DNA from: an uncultured Gammaproteobacteria bacterium
GTDB lineage: Bacteria > Pseudomonadota > Gammaproteobacteria > Ga0077536
Direction: 5' to 3'
NCBI GenBank assembly: GCA_903866355.1
Contig: CAIPNE010000714.1
Coordinates: 64,825 to 128,824, forward strand
Length of the DNA: 64,000 nucleotides
Below the pieces are notes generated by a model. It was not told the origin of the DNA and searched no databases. It saw only the letters and a list, made by a program, of their open reading frames with translations. Of this stretch, positions 53,315-62,955 are shown in pieces; the stretch's first letter is position 1; every line of letters starts with the position of its first letter. A program made the translations under genes and the position numbers.

Positions 53315-55713
53315 CAGCGGGGCCTCACTCCGGTTGCTTCCTCGTACTGCTCAACTAGCTCTTGCAGCAGCTTGCGGGATTCGGGTGCCCCGCCAGCCTG
53401 GATTTCCGGCCAGTCAGCACGAATCTGCGACTCGTAGCCAGCCATGCCGGTGATTGCATATGCTTCCGGATCTTCCACGATGTCACCAACCGACACGCCG
53501 CTAGCTCGCCGCCGGATCGCCTTTTCCACCCGCTTGGCGTCGGCAGTGCGAGCCTTACCGTAAGAGGACGGACCCTTTTCAAACTTTGTCAACGGTCGGT
53601 TGGTTCGCAAGGTAGACACCTTGGCACCCTTGGGCATGGCCCCTCGCTGCTCGTCAGACTCCACCGGACGCTGCCGGTTACGAGGAAGCTCAGTTACCGT
53701 TTCGGAAGCGTCCTCGACGCCGCCTGGGCCGCTGGACTTCGGGCCTTCTCCGTGTGGTCCGGTAGCCGCAGCTTTCTGTTGACCGCCCTCTTCTTCCGGC
53801 GGCGGTGGGGAGACGCCGGGGAGCAGACCCATCTGACCGGCAGGCGACATCTGCTTGATCTGCTGCTCCTGCATTTCGGCCTGACCTTCGACCATTTCGG
53901 TCTGGGCCAGCCCCTGACGCAATTGCAGTGTGGCTGACAGTGCTGCCACCAGATCGTCGGGGTACGGGATGCCTTGGGAGTCGCAAAGCGTTTGCAGCTT
54001 CGCCATAGCCTGCGCCTTCGCCAGACCTTTGGAGACAGTCTCTTCGGCCTGCATTTCCAGTTCCCGGCTGAACTCAATCGGAATGTTGACGGCCAGAGTG
54101 CCGTCCGACACCGGCACGCCCATCGACTTGAGTTGGGCGATGAACTGCCTTTCCTGAGCTTCGTCGCGCAGGTTGAGGGTAGCGAACTTAATTTCGGGCA
54201 GCAGCAGCTTGGGCACGCGGACGATTTCTTCTTCGCCAGTTTCCTCGTTGTACTGAACGATTTCCCGATAGATAGGAACCCTCAGCCCGCCCTTGAGTTC
54301 GTAATCGTAATGCTCCTGGGCTTCCGCGATGACCTCAGCCCGCTTCTGCATATGGCGAAGCACCTTCTTCTGGAAGGTGAGCATCAGTTGCTCGCAGACC
54401 TCGCGGTTCAGTGCGGAAGAGGCGTAAGTTCCACCGGCTCCGGAGCCGCCAGCAATAAGGGCCTGACCGATCCCCCACGCCTGAAGCAGCTTGGCGTCGA
54501 TGCGGTCGTAGTCCTGGTCGAATCGGGGAACAGCCTCCCGGCCAAACACCGACTGGACGTTTACACCAAAGTTGTGTACGAGCAGCTTGAAGTCAGCAGC
54601 CAGCGCGTTCTGCATATCGTCGCGCAAATCATCCAGTTCGCCCTGGTCCGGAATCCAGGGTTCGCCGTCGCCCATATTTTCGATGCCCATTGTCGCCAGG
54701 ATCAGCGGGGCGTAGAGCCTGTCTGCCACCGCATCCTGGGCCGCGTTGAGGCTTTCTTCCATCATCAACGTGCGGAAAGATCGCAGCAGATGAGGGGTTC
54801 CCCGCAGATCCCAGAAAGCAGCTTTGTTGACCAGGCGGGAGACGAGGGCATCGGAGATATCCAGGCCGTCATCCTGGGCAGCAGCCTTGACGATTTCGGG
54901 GTAGTGCTTGACTAGCTGCTGGTACTCCCAGGTGCGCTCCATGCGCTCACTGGGGGTTTCTTCCGACTCGCCGCCGCCGTTAGGTCCGGAGCGCAGATTC
55001 TCCACCAACTCCTTGACCATGAGTTGGACGCGCTCTTCCTGAACGAACAGCGACTTTGAGACGCGGACCATGTCGGGGTTGAGGATTTCTTCACTTGACC
55101 AGATACCCAGCGACTCATTGAAGTGAGCCAAGCTGGTGACCTCACCAACCGTGAAGTATTCCCGCCCCAGACCTTCAGACAGGAACTCTCCGTAGTTCAG
55201 ATCCTGCATGAACATTTGCTCGTAGAACTCTTGGATCTTCTTGTCGGTGGACTGGAACTCCAACCCGACAACCGGAAACTTGCTGTAGATGTCGATGAGC
55301 AGCGGCACCAAGTCGTGGGTCGTGTACCACAACCGGCACCACCGACGAAGCTCAGTTAGCTCTTTCGGATCTTGGACATTAAAGGGGATACCTTTGTCCT
55401 CTAGGCTAGAGAAGGGCTGCCGGATCTTTGGCATCGCCATTTGGACATTGGAGGCGGTTCGGGTCATTCCGGTAGTTGATCCCCGCACACTCGACATCTT
55501 CTGTCGGCGCATCTGTGCAGCCAACGCCTTGTTGGTGGAGTCGGTTACAGAGCCACGGGTGGCCGTATCTGCCACCTTCTTGGCTTCAATCCGTGCCTGG
55601 ACAGGAGAGTTAGGAAGGGTGTATCCGGCTTGGCGCAGCCTGCGCATTTCCGTTTCGGGATTGCCGACGTAAAAGTTCGATGACCGCCGGTCAGAGAAGG
55701 AGAAGTCACTCAT
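53311..55713 (-). CDS. Portal protein (large, with an acidic C-terminus; inferred from position and size)
   Basis: 800 aa. It is the first large gene of the portal-protease-capsid series. The C-terminal third is Glu/Gln-rich. No Walker motif is present, so it is not the terminase. Confidence 0.5.
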   Translation of the reverse strand: MSDFSFSDRRSSNFYVGNPETEMRRLRQAGYTLPNSPVQARIEAKKVADTATRGSVTDSTNKALAAQMRRQKMSSVRGSTTGMTRTASNVQMAMPKIRQPFSSLEDKGIPFNVQDPKELTELRRWCRLWYTTHDLVPLLIDIYSKFPVVGLEFQSTDKKIQEFYEQMFMQDLNYGEFLSEGLGREYFTVGEVTSLAHFNESLGIWSSEEILNPDMVRVSKSLFVQEERVQLMVKELVENLRSGPNGGGESEETPSERMERTWEYQQLVKHYPEIVKAAAQDDGLDISDALVSRLVNKAAFWDLRGTPHLLRSFRTLMMEESLNAAQDAVADRLYAPLILATMGIENMGDGEPWIPDQGELDDLRDDMQNALAADFKLLVHNFGVNVQSVFGREAVPRFDQDYDRIDAKLLQAWGIGQALIAGGSGAGGTYASSALNREVCEQLMLTFQKKVLRHMQKRAEVIAEAQEHYDYELKGGLRVPIYREIVQYNEETGEEEIVRVPKLLLPEIKFATLNLRDEAQERQFIAQLKSMGVPVSDGTLAVNIPIEFSRELEMQAEETVSKGLAKAQAMAKLQTLCDSQGIPYPDDLVAALSATLQLRQGLAQTEMVEGQAEMQEQQIKQMSPAGQMGLLPGVSPPPPEEEGGQQKAAATGPHGEGPKSSGPGGVEDASETVTELPRNRQRPVESDEQRGAMPKGAKVSTLRTNRPLTKFEKGPSSYGKARTADAKRVEKAIRRRASGVSVGDIVEDPEAYAITGMAGYESQIRADWPEIQAGGAPESRKLLQELVEQYEEATGVRPRW

Positions 55714-56068
55714 CTGCGGACACCTTCTCGCTGACCTTGGTCAGGCACGATTCGGTGTACCACAGCGTTTCGGGGACGGTTTCGTATGCCTTCTCTTCAA
55801 AGCGAACCAGGAAAGAGGGATGCACCCAGGTGCCGCCGTTCTTGAGGTCGGTAGAGACTTCCTCCACCACGCCGATACCGTCGTAGAGTTGCCCGCCGGT
55901 TCGGCACTCCACCCTGTCCCCCACCTTGAAGGGGACGGTGAGCGCCATGAAGTTCATGGCATATATAAGGTCACGCGGAACGAAGCATTTGTCGCAGTAC
56001 CCACGATCTAGCTCGTCGGTATGGACAATCCCCTTTAGCCTCTTGCAGGAGTAACAGACCTTCTTCAT
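55706..56068 (-). CDS. Zinc-ribbon plus KOW/SH3-like small protein
   Basis: 120 aa with CYSC...CDKC followed by FKVGDRVECRTGGQLYDGIGVV. Confidence 0.45.
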   Translation of the reverse strand: MKKVCYSCKRLKGIVHTDELDRGYCDKCFVPRDLIYAMNFMALTVPFKVGDRVECRTGGQLYDGIGVVEEVSTDLKNGGTWVHPSFLVRFEEKAYETVPETLWYTESCLTKVSEKVSADE

Positions 56069-57513
56069 GCCTTACCCGTCCAGCGCTGATTCTTGTCCCG
56101 CCGATGCCAGTCATCGGGAGTGGACTTCAGCTTATTGCCATTATCGGGATGATGGTCGGAAGGCCACGCATCAGTTGCAAAGTCCTCGCCGTCGTCGTCA
56201 TTCCCGACAGGCTTCTGCTGGAGAGCATCTAGCAGATTGGCCTTGCGCTCCTTGTCCATCTGCTTCTTGATGCCGTCAGGCAGGCATCCGGAACACCACT
56301 TCTGGCCGCGATGATCGACGGTCCCACTCAGGTCGTAGTCACGGATACCCTTGCCGCAGGCAGGGCAGGAGTCCTTGGCGGCTTGGCGCATAGCCTTGCG
56401 GTGGCCGTCGCACTTCCGGCAGGAGCCTTCGGCGCACGGCTTGGTGCCGGGGACGCGCTCGTAGCCTTCCCAGCATTCGCACTTACCTTTGGCTTGATGC
56501 TTCCGACTCAGCCGCATCTTGCCCTTCTGGTCAAGATTGCGCACATACTCGTTGTACTCCTGAGAGAAGCTGCGGCGCTCCTCTTCGGGGAGCCGATTAA
56601 AAGCGTTATGGTCGAGGTTCTTGTCAGGATGCGTCAGTCTCAGCCAACGCTCAAAACCGACACCCGAAGCCAGTTCCTCTTCGGAAGCTGTTCGCTTCTT
56701 ATTCGCCACGATGACGTTATCCCTGACCGGAACCTCACGGCACAGGTACTTCTCGACGGCAGCCTGACGGTTCTCCCCGCCGGTACCGATGACGTAGGAG
56801 TTCCAGATCTTGCCGCACTTGCAGTTATGGTAGCCGGGAACCGACAGCTTGGCCCCGCACTTGCACATAAAGCTATCGGGCGTTTCGGTAGCAACGTACG
56901 CCGACAGCCGCTGGTTCCATTCCCAGCCGTCTACGTTGTGCTGACGAGAAGCCTGAACCGGACCCCAGCCCGTCCAAGCCTGCTTTTTCTGGCGGCGCTC
57001 TTCGTCTTTGCGCTTCTTGTAGAAGTACGGGTTTTCGGTGTGCTGGTTTTTAGAGCGATCTACCTGCTTCTTGCGCTCTTCAAACAGCTTGTACCAGCCG
57101 TCATGGACTTCAGCGCTGCGCTGACCACCAAAGAGATACCGGCGTAGCTGGCTGACGCCGCGCTCTCCGATACCGTATTCGCTGGCGAAGTCGTAGAGGT
57201 CTTTGTCTCCACCAATACCTAGCTGACCCTGCTGGGCACGCTGCTGTACCCACTGCTGCCACTTATCGAACATAGAGGCTTCGCGGTACTGACCAGGCTT
57301 TTTACCCGGCCCGTGATGACGGCTCAAAGCATTAAGTAAACGCTCTGCACAATTCCGGCAAAACCCGGTAGGCCCCAACAGCTTGAGGTCTATGGTTCCT
57401 TCAGCGGGTTTGCCGCACAGGTTCTGGCAGTTTCCCAAGTCCTCACCAGCGGTGCGGCTTAGCCTTTTGGGTAACCACGCTCCGTTTCGACAGAGGCGCG
57501 GAAGTCCATCCAC
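56065..57513 (-). CDS. Basic cysteine-rich protein with multiple zinc-ribbon motifs
   Basis: 482 aa with a GTG start. Its first 55 nt overlap the 3' end of the upstream 797-aa gene. Cys clusters include CRNG..NCQNLC..FCRNC, CKCGAKL..CKCGKIW and CECWEGY..CAEGSCRKCDGH..CPACGKG..CSGC. The protein is Arg/Lys-rich. Confidence 0.5.
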   Translation of the reverse strand: MDGLPRLCRNGAWLPKRLSRTAGEDLGNCQNLCGKPAEGTIDLKLLGPTGFCRNCAERLLNALSRHHGPGKKPGQYREASMFDKWQQWVQQRAQQGQLGIGGDKDLYDFASEYGIGERGVSQLRRYLFGGQRSAEVHDGWYKLFEERKKQVDRSKNQHTENPYFYKKRKDEERRQKKQAWTGWGPVQASRQHNVDGWEWNQRLSAYVATETPDSFMCKCGAKLSVPGYHNCKCGKIWNSYVIGTGGENRQAAVEKYLCREVPVRDNVIVANKKRTASEEELASGVGFERWLRLTHPDKNLDHNAFNRLPEEERRSFSQEYNEYVRNLDQKGKMRLSRKHQAKGKCECWEGYERVPGTKPCAEGSCRKCDGHRKAMRQAAKDSCPACGKGIRDYDLSGTVDHRGQKWCSGCLPDGIKKQMDKERKANLLDALQQKPVGNDDDGEDFATDAWPSDHHPDNGNKLKSTPDDWHRRDKNQRWTGKA

Positions 57514-59852
57514 TCCTTGTCGTCGTGGCCTTCGCCGCCGTCCTCTTCTTCGGACTCTTCGTCGTACTCTTCGGGGCCGAAGTCATCGTCGTAATAGTTG
57601 CCCTCTTCGGCAGACATCTGGTCGAGGTAATCCTCAAACCGGGCTTCTGCTCCACCGATAATCGGCTCGCCTTCTTCGTTGAAGTAGCGACTTTCGGCAA
57701 CCCGGCGACGGCCTTCGTACAGGGAGTCGTGACCGTGTACGTCGTGAACTTGCGGGCCGTCCCAGTAGGCAGGATCAACCTCTTCTTCGTGACCGTCATC
57801 CCCAATGCCGTGATACAAAAACTCAATGGCTTCGGGATCACCTTGGTCGGCCAGATGATTGAGGGTGTCCCACAACTCCGTAGCCTTGAGGTCATCGGGG
57901 TCGATGTACTTGTACTCTTCGATGAGTTCGGCGGTCTGGCTGGCGTACCGGCGACGGCGAGCCTGCATCTGCATCTGCTGGGCGATTTCCGGCGGGAGCG
58001 CACCCTGACCGGCGGCTGCCGGGGGAGGACCACCAGGAGCGGCACCACCCATAGCGGACGGATCGACGCCGCCCTGACCCATCAGTTGCGCCAGCATGGC
58101 CGGATCAATCTGGCCGGAAGCCGGATCGACTCCCTGCGGTGCCGGTCCCTGCGGAGCCTGGGTCTGAGGAAGGACGTTGACGGTGCCAGCCGGGGGCATG
58201 ACATTCATCGGGTTCTGTGCCTGCTGAACCTGCTCCGCGTACTGGATGGTCTGGAGCGCCTGCTGCAACGGCTGGATGGACTCTTGGAACTCTTCGGCCT
58301 TCTCATTGAGCAGGTTGGTGATCGCCTCATCGGCCTGCATGAGGTAGTCCTTGCCAGCAGCGGTACGGCGAGCTTGGTACTCCATAAGGCCCAGGTCCAA
58401 AGGCTCCTTGACGTTAGACATACCATCGGGGAACAGGCCGCTAGTGCCAGCCATGGGGTTGACCGCTGGTGGTGTGTAGGGGTTGGTGAGGTTATTGATG
58501 TTGACGCCACCGATTTCCGGCGCTGAGCCACCAGGAACCTCAGCGTGACGCTGAAGAGCAGCGGTCAGGATGAAGTACTCCTTGTCGGGGCGGTTAACGG
58601 CGTAGTACTCCAGCGTCCTAGCAGACGGGCGGGCCAGGTTATCCACGCACCACTGGGCGTACCGCTTGATGATTGCTGCGGTAACCGCACCGCTACCTGC
58701 GCCAGGAATGCCAGATCCGCTGGTGCCGGGTACCGGGGGCGGGGCAGCGGGGTCGGTCGGCGTCATCCCCGAAGCATCGGGAGCAGCCGGGGCGGTGGTA
58801 GGGGGATATCCCATCATTTCATTGGCCTGACGGCGGGCATGCTTGCCCGAATCCCCGCCGGGGGTGAAGTTGCTGCTTGGCGGGCCGTCGTATCCGTTCT
58901 GGGAGACGGAATCCAGGTAGCCGTGGAAGTCGCCTTCCGGAATCAGATCGTCGTCGGACGGCTGGAAGGTCGCGTCGATGTCCTGCACCGGGCCGGTGGT
59001 GTCGGCCTGACGGCGACGAGACTCCTTGTTGCCGGAAGCGCCTTCCCACTTACCATCGGTGTCGGGGAAAGGCTTGGCCTTCGGACGAGGGGGCTTCTCG
59101 TCATTGGTCATCATTTCCCGGTAGGCATCCAACTCGTCGCCGGAATAGGCCACCCGGCTGGCGCGACGGTTGACTAAGCCCTTCAGTTCGTCCTTGATGC
59201 GCTTGGCTTCCGGCCCACGCCAGGTACCGGCGTTGGAGAGGAAGTAGTTGACGATGTGCTTGGCCGGATCTTGGTAGTACATATCATCGACGCTCTCCAG
59301 TTCGTGGAGGGCATCCAGATACGGCTGAGCGGCGAAGTTGACCTTCGGCCAGTTGCGCTTGATGTCCCGCGCAATCTCATGCAGCGGACGAGGGCCTTGC
59401 TGCTGCCGCTGAGCCTTGGCGTCCAGTATGTCGCCAACAGTGCCCAGGCTGGGCATATCTGGCGAGTGAACGTCCCAGTCCTTCAGGTCGCCTTCGTAGT
59501 CTTCCTTCTCAAAGTCAGGATGATCGACGGGGTCGAAGTCGGGGCTACTCTCGTCGCGGGGGTCGCCCTTAGCAATCCGCTCACGCCACTCGCGCTCCAT
59601 GGTCTTGCAGACCTTGCGCATCACGCCGGTCACCGGCATCAGGTGGGCGTTGACCGTTCGGATCATGTCGTCTTTGCACAGGGCGACCCGGTCGTGGAAC
59701 TCTTCCTTGGTCTTGGCGCAGAACAGGTGTGCCCCGTACTGCTCCCGCACGTCGTAGATCGCAGCGGCCAGCTTGTCGGTCGCGGCCTGCTTGGCGATCT
59801 TCTGCTCAGAATCCGAAGCTACAAGCGCCTCAAATGCGGTGATGTCAGACAC
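57459..59852 (-). CDS. 797-aa hypothetical protein with Pro/Gln/Ala-rich low-complexity segments
   Basis: A GTG start follows GGAAG. The protein has an acidic C-terminal tail (...EEYDEESEEEDGGEGHDDKEW...). Confidence 0.5.
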   Translation of the reverse strand: MSDITAFEALVASDSEQKIAKQAATDKLAAAIYDVREQYGAHLFCAKTKEEFHDRVALCKDDMIRTVNAHLMPVTGVMRKVCKTMEREWRERIAKGDPRDESSPDFDPVDHPDFEKEDYEGDLKDWDVHSPDMPSLGTVGDILDAKAQRQQQGPRPLHEIARDIKRNWPKVNFAAQPYLDALHELESVDDMYYQDPAKHIVNYFLSNAGTWRGPEAKRIKDELKGLVNRRASRVAYSGDELDAYREMMTNDEKPPRPKAKPFPDTDGKWEGASGNKESRRRQADTTGPVQDIDATFQPSDDDLIPEGDFHGYLDSVSQNGYDGPPSSNFTPGGDSGKHARRQANEMMGYPPTTAPAAPDASGMTPTDPAAPPPVPGTSGSGIPGAGSGAVTAAIIKRYAQWCVDNLARPSARTLEYYAVNRPDKEYFILTAALQRHAEVPGGSAPEIGGVNINNLTNPYTPPAVNPMAGTSGLFPDGMSNVKEPLDLGLMEYQARRTAAGKDYLMQADEAITNLLNEKAEEFQESIQPLQQALQTIQYAEQVQQAQNPMNVMPPAGTVNVLPQTQAPQGPAPQGVDPASGQIDPAMLAQLMGQGGVDPSAMGGAAPGGPPPAAAGQGALPPEIAQQMQMQARRRRYASQTAELIEEYKYIDPDDLKATELWDTLNHLADQGDPEAIEFLYHGIGDDGHEEEVDPAYWDGPQVHDVHGHDSLYEGRRRVAESRYFNEEGEPIIGGAEARFEDYLDQMSAEEGNYYDDDFGPEEYDEESEEEDGGEGHDDKEWMDFRASVETERGYPKG

Positions 59853-59926
59853 GTCTGCCCTGCTTCCAGTCGTCGTCGGGAGAGCTTCCTCGTAACTTCT
59901 GTCGGCGGGATCAGCCGGTTACAGGA

Positions 59927-60262
59927 TTAAAGAGCCTGCTTGGCGTGCTTGCTGATTTTTGACGCCTTAGTGATGATGTCGGCAGGCGCGTCTTTGATGT
60001 ACGGGATCAGCATGTCGATGACTTCAATCATGCTGGATAGCGCTTCTCGCAGTTCACGGTTATCCCGGTCTAGCTTCTCGTTCAGGCTGGACAGCCGGTC
60101 TGCCAATCCCCCCGCTGCGTTGCTCAGGATTTCAGCGGCGTGAGCGCGAGACTCGCCCCGACTGGAGCGAGCGGCAACAATTGAAGCGCCAACCGTCCCC
60201 AGGCCCGCCCCAATGCCTGCATAAGAAAGTGCCGACAAAACAGCACTAACGCCACTAGACAT
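59927..60262 (-). CDS. Small membrane protein (one N-terminal transmembrane segment plus a coiled coil), holin-like topology
   Basis: 111 aa: SAVLSALSYAGIGAGLGTVGASIVAA followed by charged helical segments. Confidence 0.45.
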   Translation of the reverse strand: MSSGVSAVLSALSYAGIGAGLGTVGASIVAARSSRGESRAHAAEILSNAAGGLADRLSSLNEKLDRDNRELREALSSMIEVIDMLIPYIKDAPADIITKASKISKHAKQAL

Positions 60263-60713
60263 CCTTCTTCTCCAGTCGTGATGCCAGCCGCTCCACCCCG
60301 ATTAACTGGTTGATGTCCCACAAGGCCAGGTAGCCGACGTAACCCAGCGCCGCGAAAAGCACAGATGTTGAGTAAACATGGTAGTCCCCGGTGTAGAACC
60401 TGAGGATCATGTACACCAGGATGGAGACGAACTGCCCGACATCAGCGCCCATCCGGAGCCACATGGCACGGTATTTGCAGGGCGGTGATCTGTGAATCAG
60501 GTAGTCAGACAGGATAGCGGTAGGGGTTGCCCATAATGTCAGCCCGCCCCAGACCCAGAAGGCCCCGGCTGCTTCGTCCTGAAGCTCGCGGGGGATTGCG
60601 GCGAAATCCCCCTTCACAATGATGACGAGAGTGCCAACCCAGATGGTCAGGTAGAGGAAGTGCCGGAAAGAAAGATACTTCTCTGACACATCAACTTTTC
60701 CCCAAAAGCTCAT
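60255..60713 (-). CDS. Four-helix integral membrane protein
   Basis: 152 aa with four hydrophobic helices (LYLTIWVGTLVIIV, AFWVWGGLTLWATPTAIL, VGQFVSILVYMILRF, VLFAALGYVGYLALW). Confidence 0.5.
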   Translation of the reverse strand: MSFWGKVDVSEKYLSFRHFLYLTIWVGTLVIIVKGDFAAIPRELQDEAAGAFWVWGGLTLWATPTAILSDYLIHRSPPCKYRAMWLRMGADVGQFVSILVYMILRFYTGDYHVYSTSVLFAALGYVGYLALWDINQLIGVERLASRLEKKDV

Positions 60714-60725
60714 TGGGTGACTCTC

Positions 60726-62210
60726 CTAGAGGAACAGAGCTTCAGAGGGCAATGATGCAGCACGATCCAGTGCAGGTCTGCTGGCACTCCGCAGCAGGGC
60801 GATGTGATTACTCCGCTGGGTAGCACCATCGACCACCCTCTGAACGAAGGCTGTCGTAATGGTTCGGGAGCGGTCTACGGAGTAGGACGAAGTTGCCTTC
60901 TGCGCGTAGTGCATAGCGCGGGTTCCAAGCTCACGGGCATCGTTGGTGTCGATGTTGTCGGCCAGGAACCGGCTGGACTCCAGGGTGACGTAGCGCCGGT
61001 CTTGGGGGGATAGGCCCCCTTTGCGTGGCCCGCCTCGCACAATTGCGTCGGCTAATTCTCTCAAGCCTTCGTTGCGCTGGTCCTCGCCACGCTGGACGTT
61101 TTCCGGCGAGAACTCTTCCAGGTACTCAGCGATCACGTCAGGATCGGTGCGCAGTTCATGCGGTGTGCGGTCGAACCGACCCTCATCAGCCCAGTGACCT
61201 GAACCTTCGGTGCAGTTATCTCCCGGCTTAGACCCACACTCAGGGCACTCAATACTGCGCCACTCAGATCCGGCAGCCTTTTTGTCCCAGCCCTTTTCGG
61301 AGTCGGCAGCTTCCCACGGAGCTAGACCATCATGCTCTTCTTTGAGGGAACCGGCAGCCTCTTTGTAGACCTCTTCCTCTTCCCCACCCTTGAACTCTTC
61401 TTCGTCGCCGCAGTTACCTTTCTTGCGACGATCCCGTTCGGCCTTCTCTTCCCGTGCCTGGGATTCGGGAACGTAGGGATCTAGGCCGGTGCGGTCGATG
61501 TACTCCTGCAACCGCTGATCGCGCTGCTTCGTCAGTTCACGCCACCGGGCACGGTCTTCGGCATCCGGCTCCAGACCGTAGTCGGAGAACCAGTCACCGT
61601 CTCCGTAGTAGATATCGCCATGCTCCCCACCCTCAGTGCGGGGAGTGAAGTGCGGATCTGTGCCACGCGGGGCTGGCATAGCGATGCGCCGACGCGCCTC
61701 TTTGCCTTCGCCCTTGCGATCCCGCTTTAGGCGTTCTTCTAGGTCTTTCCCGCCGGGGCCGCGCTTCCATTTCTTGCCCCACTCCTGGGACTCTTCGTCG
61801 TCGTCTTCGTCGGCAAGCTCGTTGTAGATGTCCCAGCCAACCGGGTTGCCGTCATCGTTGGTTTTGCCGCCCCAGTCTCCATAGCTTCCTGCCGCGATGT
61901 GAACTCCGGCGATGGGCGAGGTATCCTCACGGTCATAGGCCCCGGTCAGCAGATCCTCGCGGAGAGCGACGAGGGCGCGAGCATCGGTTTCCAGTTCGGC
62001 CAGCCGGTGCAACGGCCCGACCTCAGCGCCACGGCGAGCAACGTGAGTACGAGCAATGTTCATCAGTCGGCGGCACTGGGCCAGCCGGTTGTCGATGGAG
62101 AACGGGGTGCCGTCAAACCAGGAATCCGTCGCGGCAGCGTACTTCTTGTGGGCGGTATCGAAGCTGGCGGCGGTCGCCCGGTCGTCAATGGATCGGCTAT
62201 TGGTAAACAT
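60726..62210 (-). CDS. 494-aa highly charged hypothetical protein with one Cys4 zinc-ribbon (CPECG...C)
   Basis: The ORF is Glu/Asp/Arg/Lys-rich and contains ...IECPECGSKPGDNCTEGSGHW... No NTPase motifs are present. Confidence 0.45.
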   Translation of the reverse strand: MFTNSRSIDDRATAASFDTAHKKYAAATDSWFDGTPFSIDNRLAQCRRLMNIARTHVARRGAEVGPLHRLAELETDARALVALREDLLTGAYDREDTSPIAGVHIAAGSYGDWGGKTNDDGNPVGWDIYNELADEDDDEESQEWGKKWKRGPGGKDLEERLKRDRKGEGKEARRRIAMPAPRGTDPHFTPRTEGGEHGDIYYGDGDWFSDYGLEPDAEDRARWRELTKQRDQRLQEYIDRTGLDPYVPESQAREEKAERDRRKKGNCGDEEEFKGGEEEEVYKEAAGSLKEEHDGLAPWEAADSEKGWDKKAAGSEWRSIECPECGSKPGDNCTEGSGHWADEGRFDRTPHELRTDPDVIAEYLEEFSPENVQRGEDQRNEGLRELADAIVRGGPRKGGLSPQDRRYVTLESSRFLADNIDTNDARELGTRAMHYAQKATSSYSVDRSRTITTAFVQRVVDGATQRSNHIALLRSASRPALDRAASLPSEALFL

Positions 62211-62248
62211 ACTGACCTCCTACTCTTTCGGTAGCAGGGCGGCAGGGT

Positions 62249-62514
62249 TCACAGTGAGGACACCTGCTCTTTGTCCATTTCGGGTGTCCGGACATACCGA
62301 AGCTCTACGCGCCCGTCAATGGCGACAATCTTGTCGAATCGGTACGCCAGGACGGCCAGCTTGTCGCGGAGGATCAGCCGGTTGAGATTGCCGTGTGCTG
62401 CGCGAATCTTTTCAACATCGGCCAGCGGGACGGCATAGAACACTTCCGGACAGTTGCTGGTAGCAACTCGCACGGTGTGGCCGTCCTGTTCTCCCCCCAC
62501 TAACTGAAGATCGG
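62249..62514 (-). CDS. First gene of the long leftward operon (hypothetical, 88 aa)
   Basis: The track start is the GTG at 62536. I prefer the ATG at 62512-62514, which is preceded by AGGAGG at a 5-nt spacing. Confidence 0.45.
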
Positions 62515-62536
62515 GCATGACACCTCCTGCGCTCAC

Positions 62537-62709
62537 TCTTTAAGGTGTCTGTCGGTGCGGATGGGACTGCGATGAGGCAGTCCTGTCCCTACGCTATAAC
62601 TCACACTAGGGCGACACGATCACGGGGAAAAGACAACTTGCTCCGACAGCATAAAGGTTGCAGCATCAGTTTTCTCCCCGCCCACCCCTCGACGCAGAAA
62701 TGAGCTTCC
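62537..62709. promoter_or_regulatory. Divergent intergenic control region between the leftward structural operon and the rightward nrdH-like gene
   Basis: It is the only sizeable strand-switch gap. It contains a hairpin GGACTGC-gatgag-GCAGTCC (62564-62583) and an element CCCTAcgctataactcacacTAGGG (62587-62611) that carries TANNNT-like hexamers. Confidence 0.45.
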
Positions 62710-62955
62710 ATGCCCGCCGTCACCGTATTCACCACCGGACCTACCTGCCAAATGTGCCGCACCACCAAGATCCACATGAAGCGCAAAGGCATCAATTTTG
62801 AAGAGGTACGGCTGGACGAGAAGCCGGAACTGGCCGACATGGTGCGGGCGATGGGGTTCACCATGGCACCTGTGGTGCTGGTCAATGACGAAGATGTATG
62901 GGACGGTTACCGTTCCGACGCCATTGACCAGCTAGCCAAAGATATTGCGGCCTAG
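62710..62955 (+). CDS. nrdH: NrdH-like glutaredoxin
   Basis: 81 aa: MPAVTVFTTGPTCQMCRTTKIHMKRKGINFEEV...VVLVNDEDVWDGYRSDAIDQL, with the CxxC redox motif and glutaredoxin fold signatures. It is the only convincing plus-strand gene. Confidence 0.65.
   Translation: MPAVTVFTTGPTCQMCRTTKIHMKRKGINFEEVRLDEKPELADMVRAMGFTMAPVVLVNDEDVWDGYRSDAIDQLAKDIAA

Noticed and set aside
53311-62210. Terminase large subunit among the big genes near the portal
   Set aside because: I scanned the 800-, 482-, 797- and 494-aa products for a Walker A motif (GxxxxGK[ST]) and nuclease motifs and found none. The terminase must lie outside the window.
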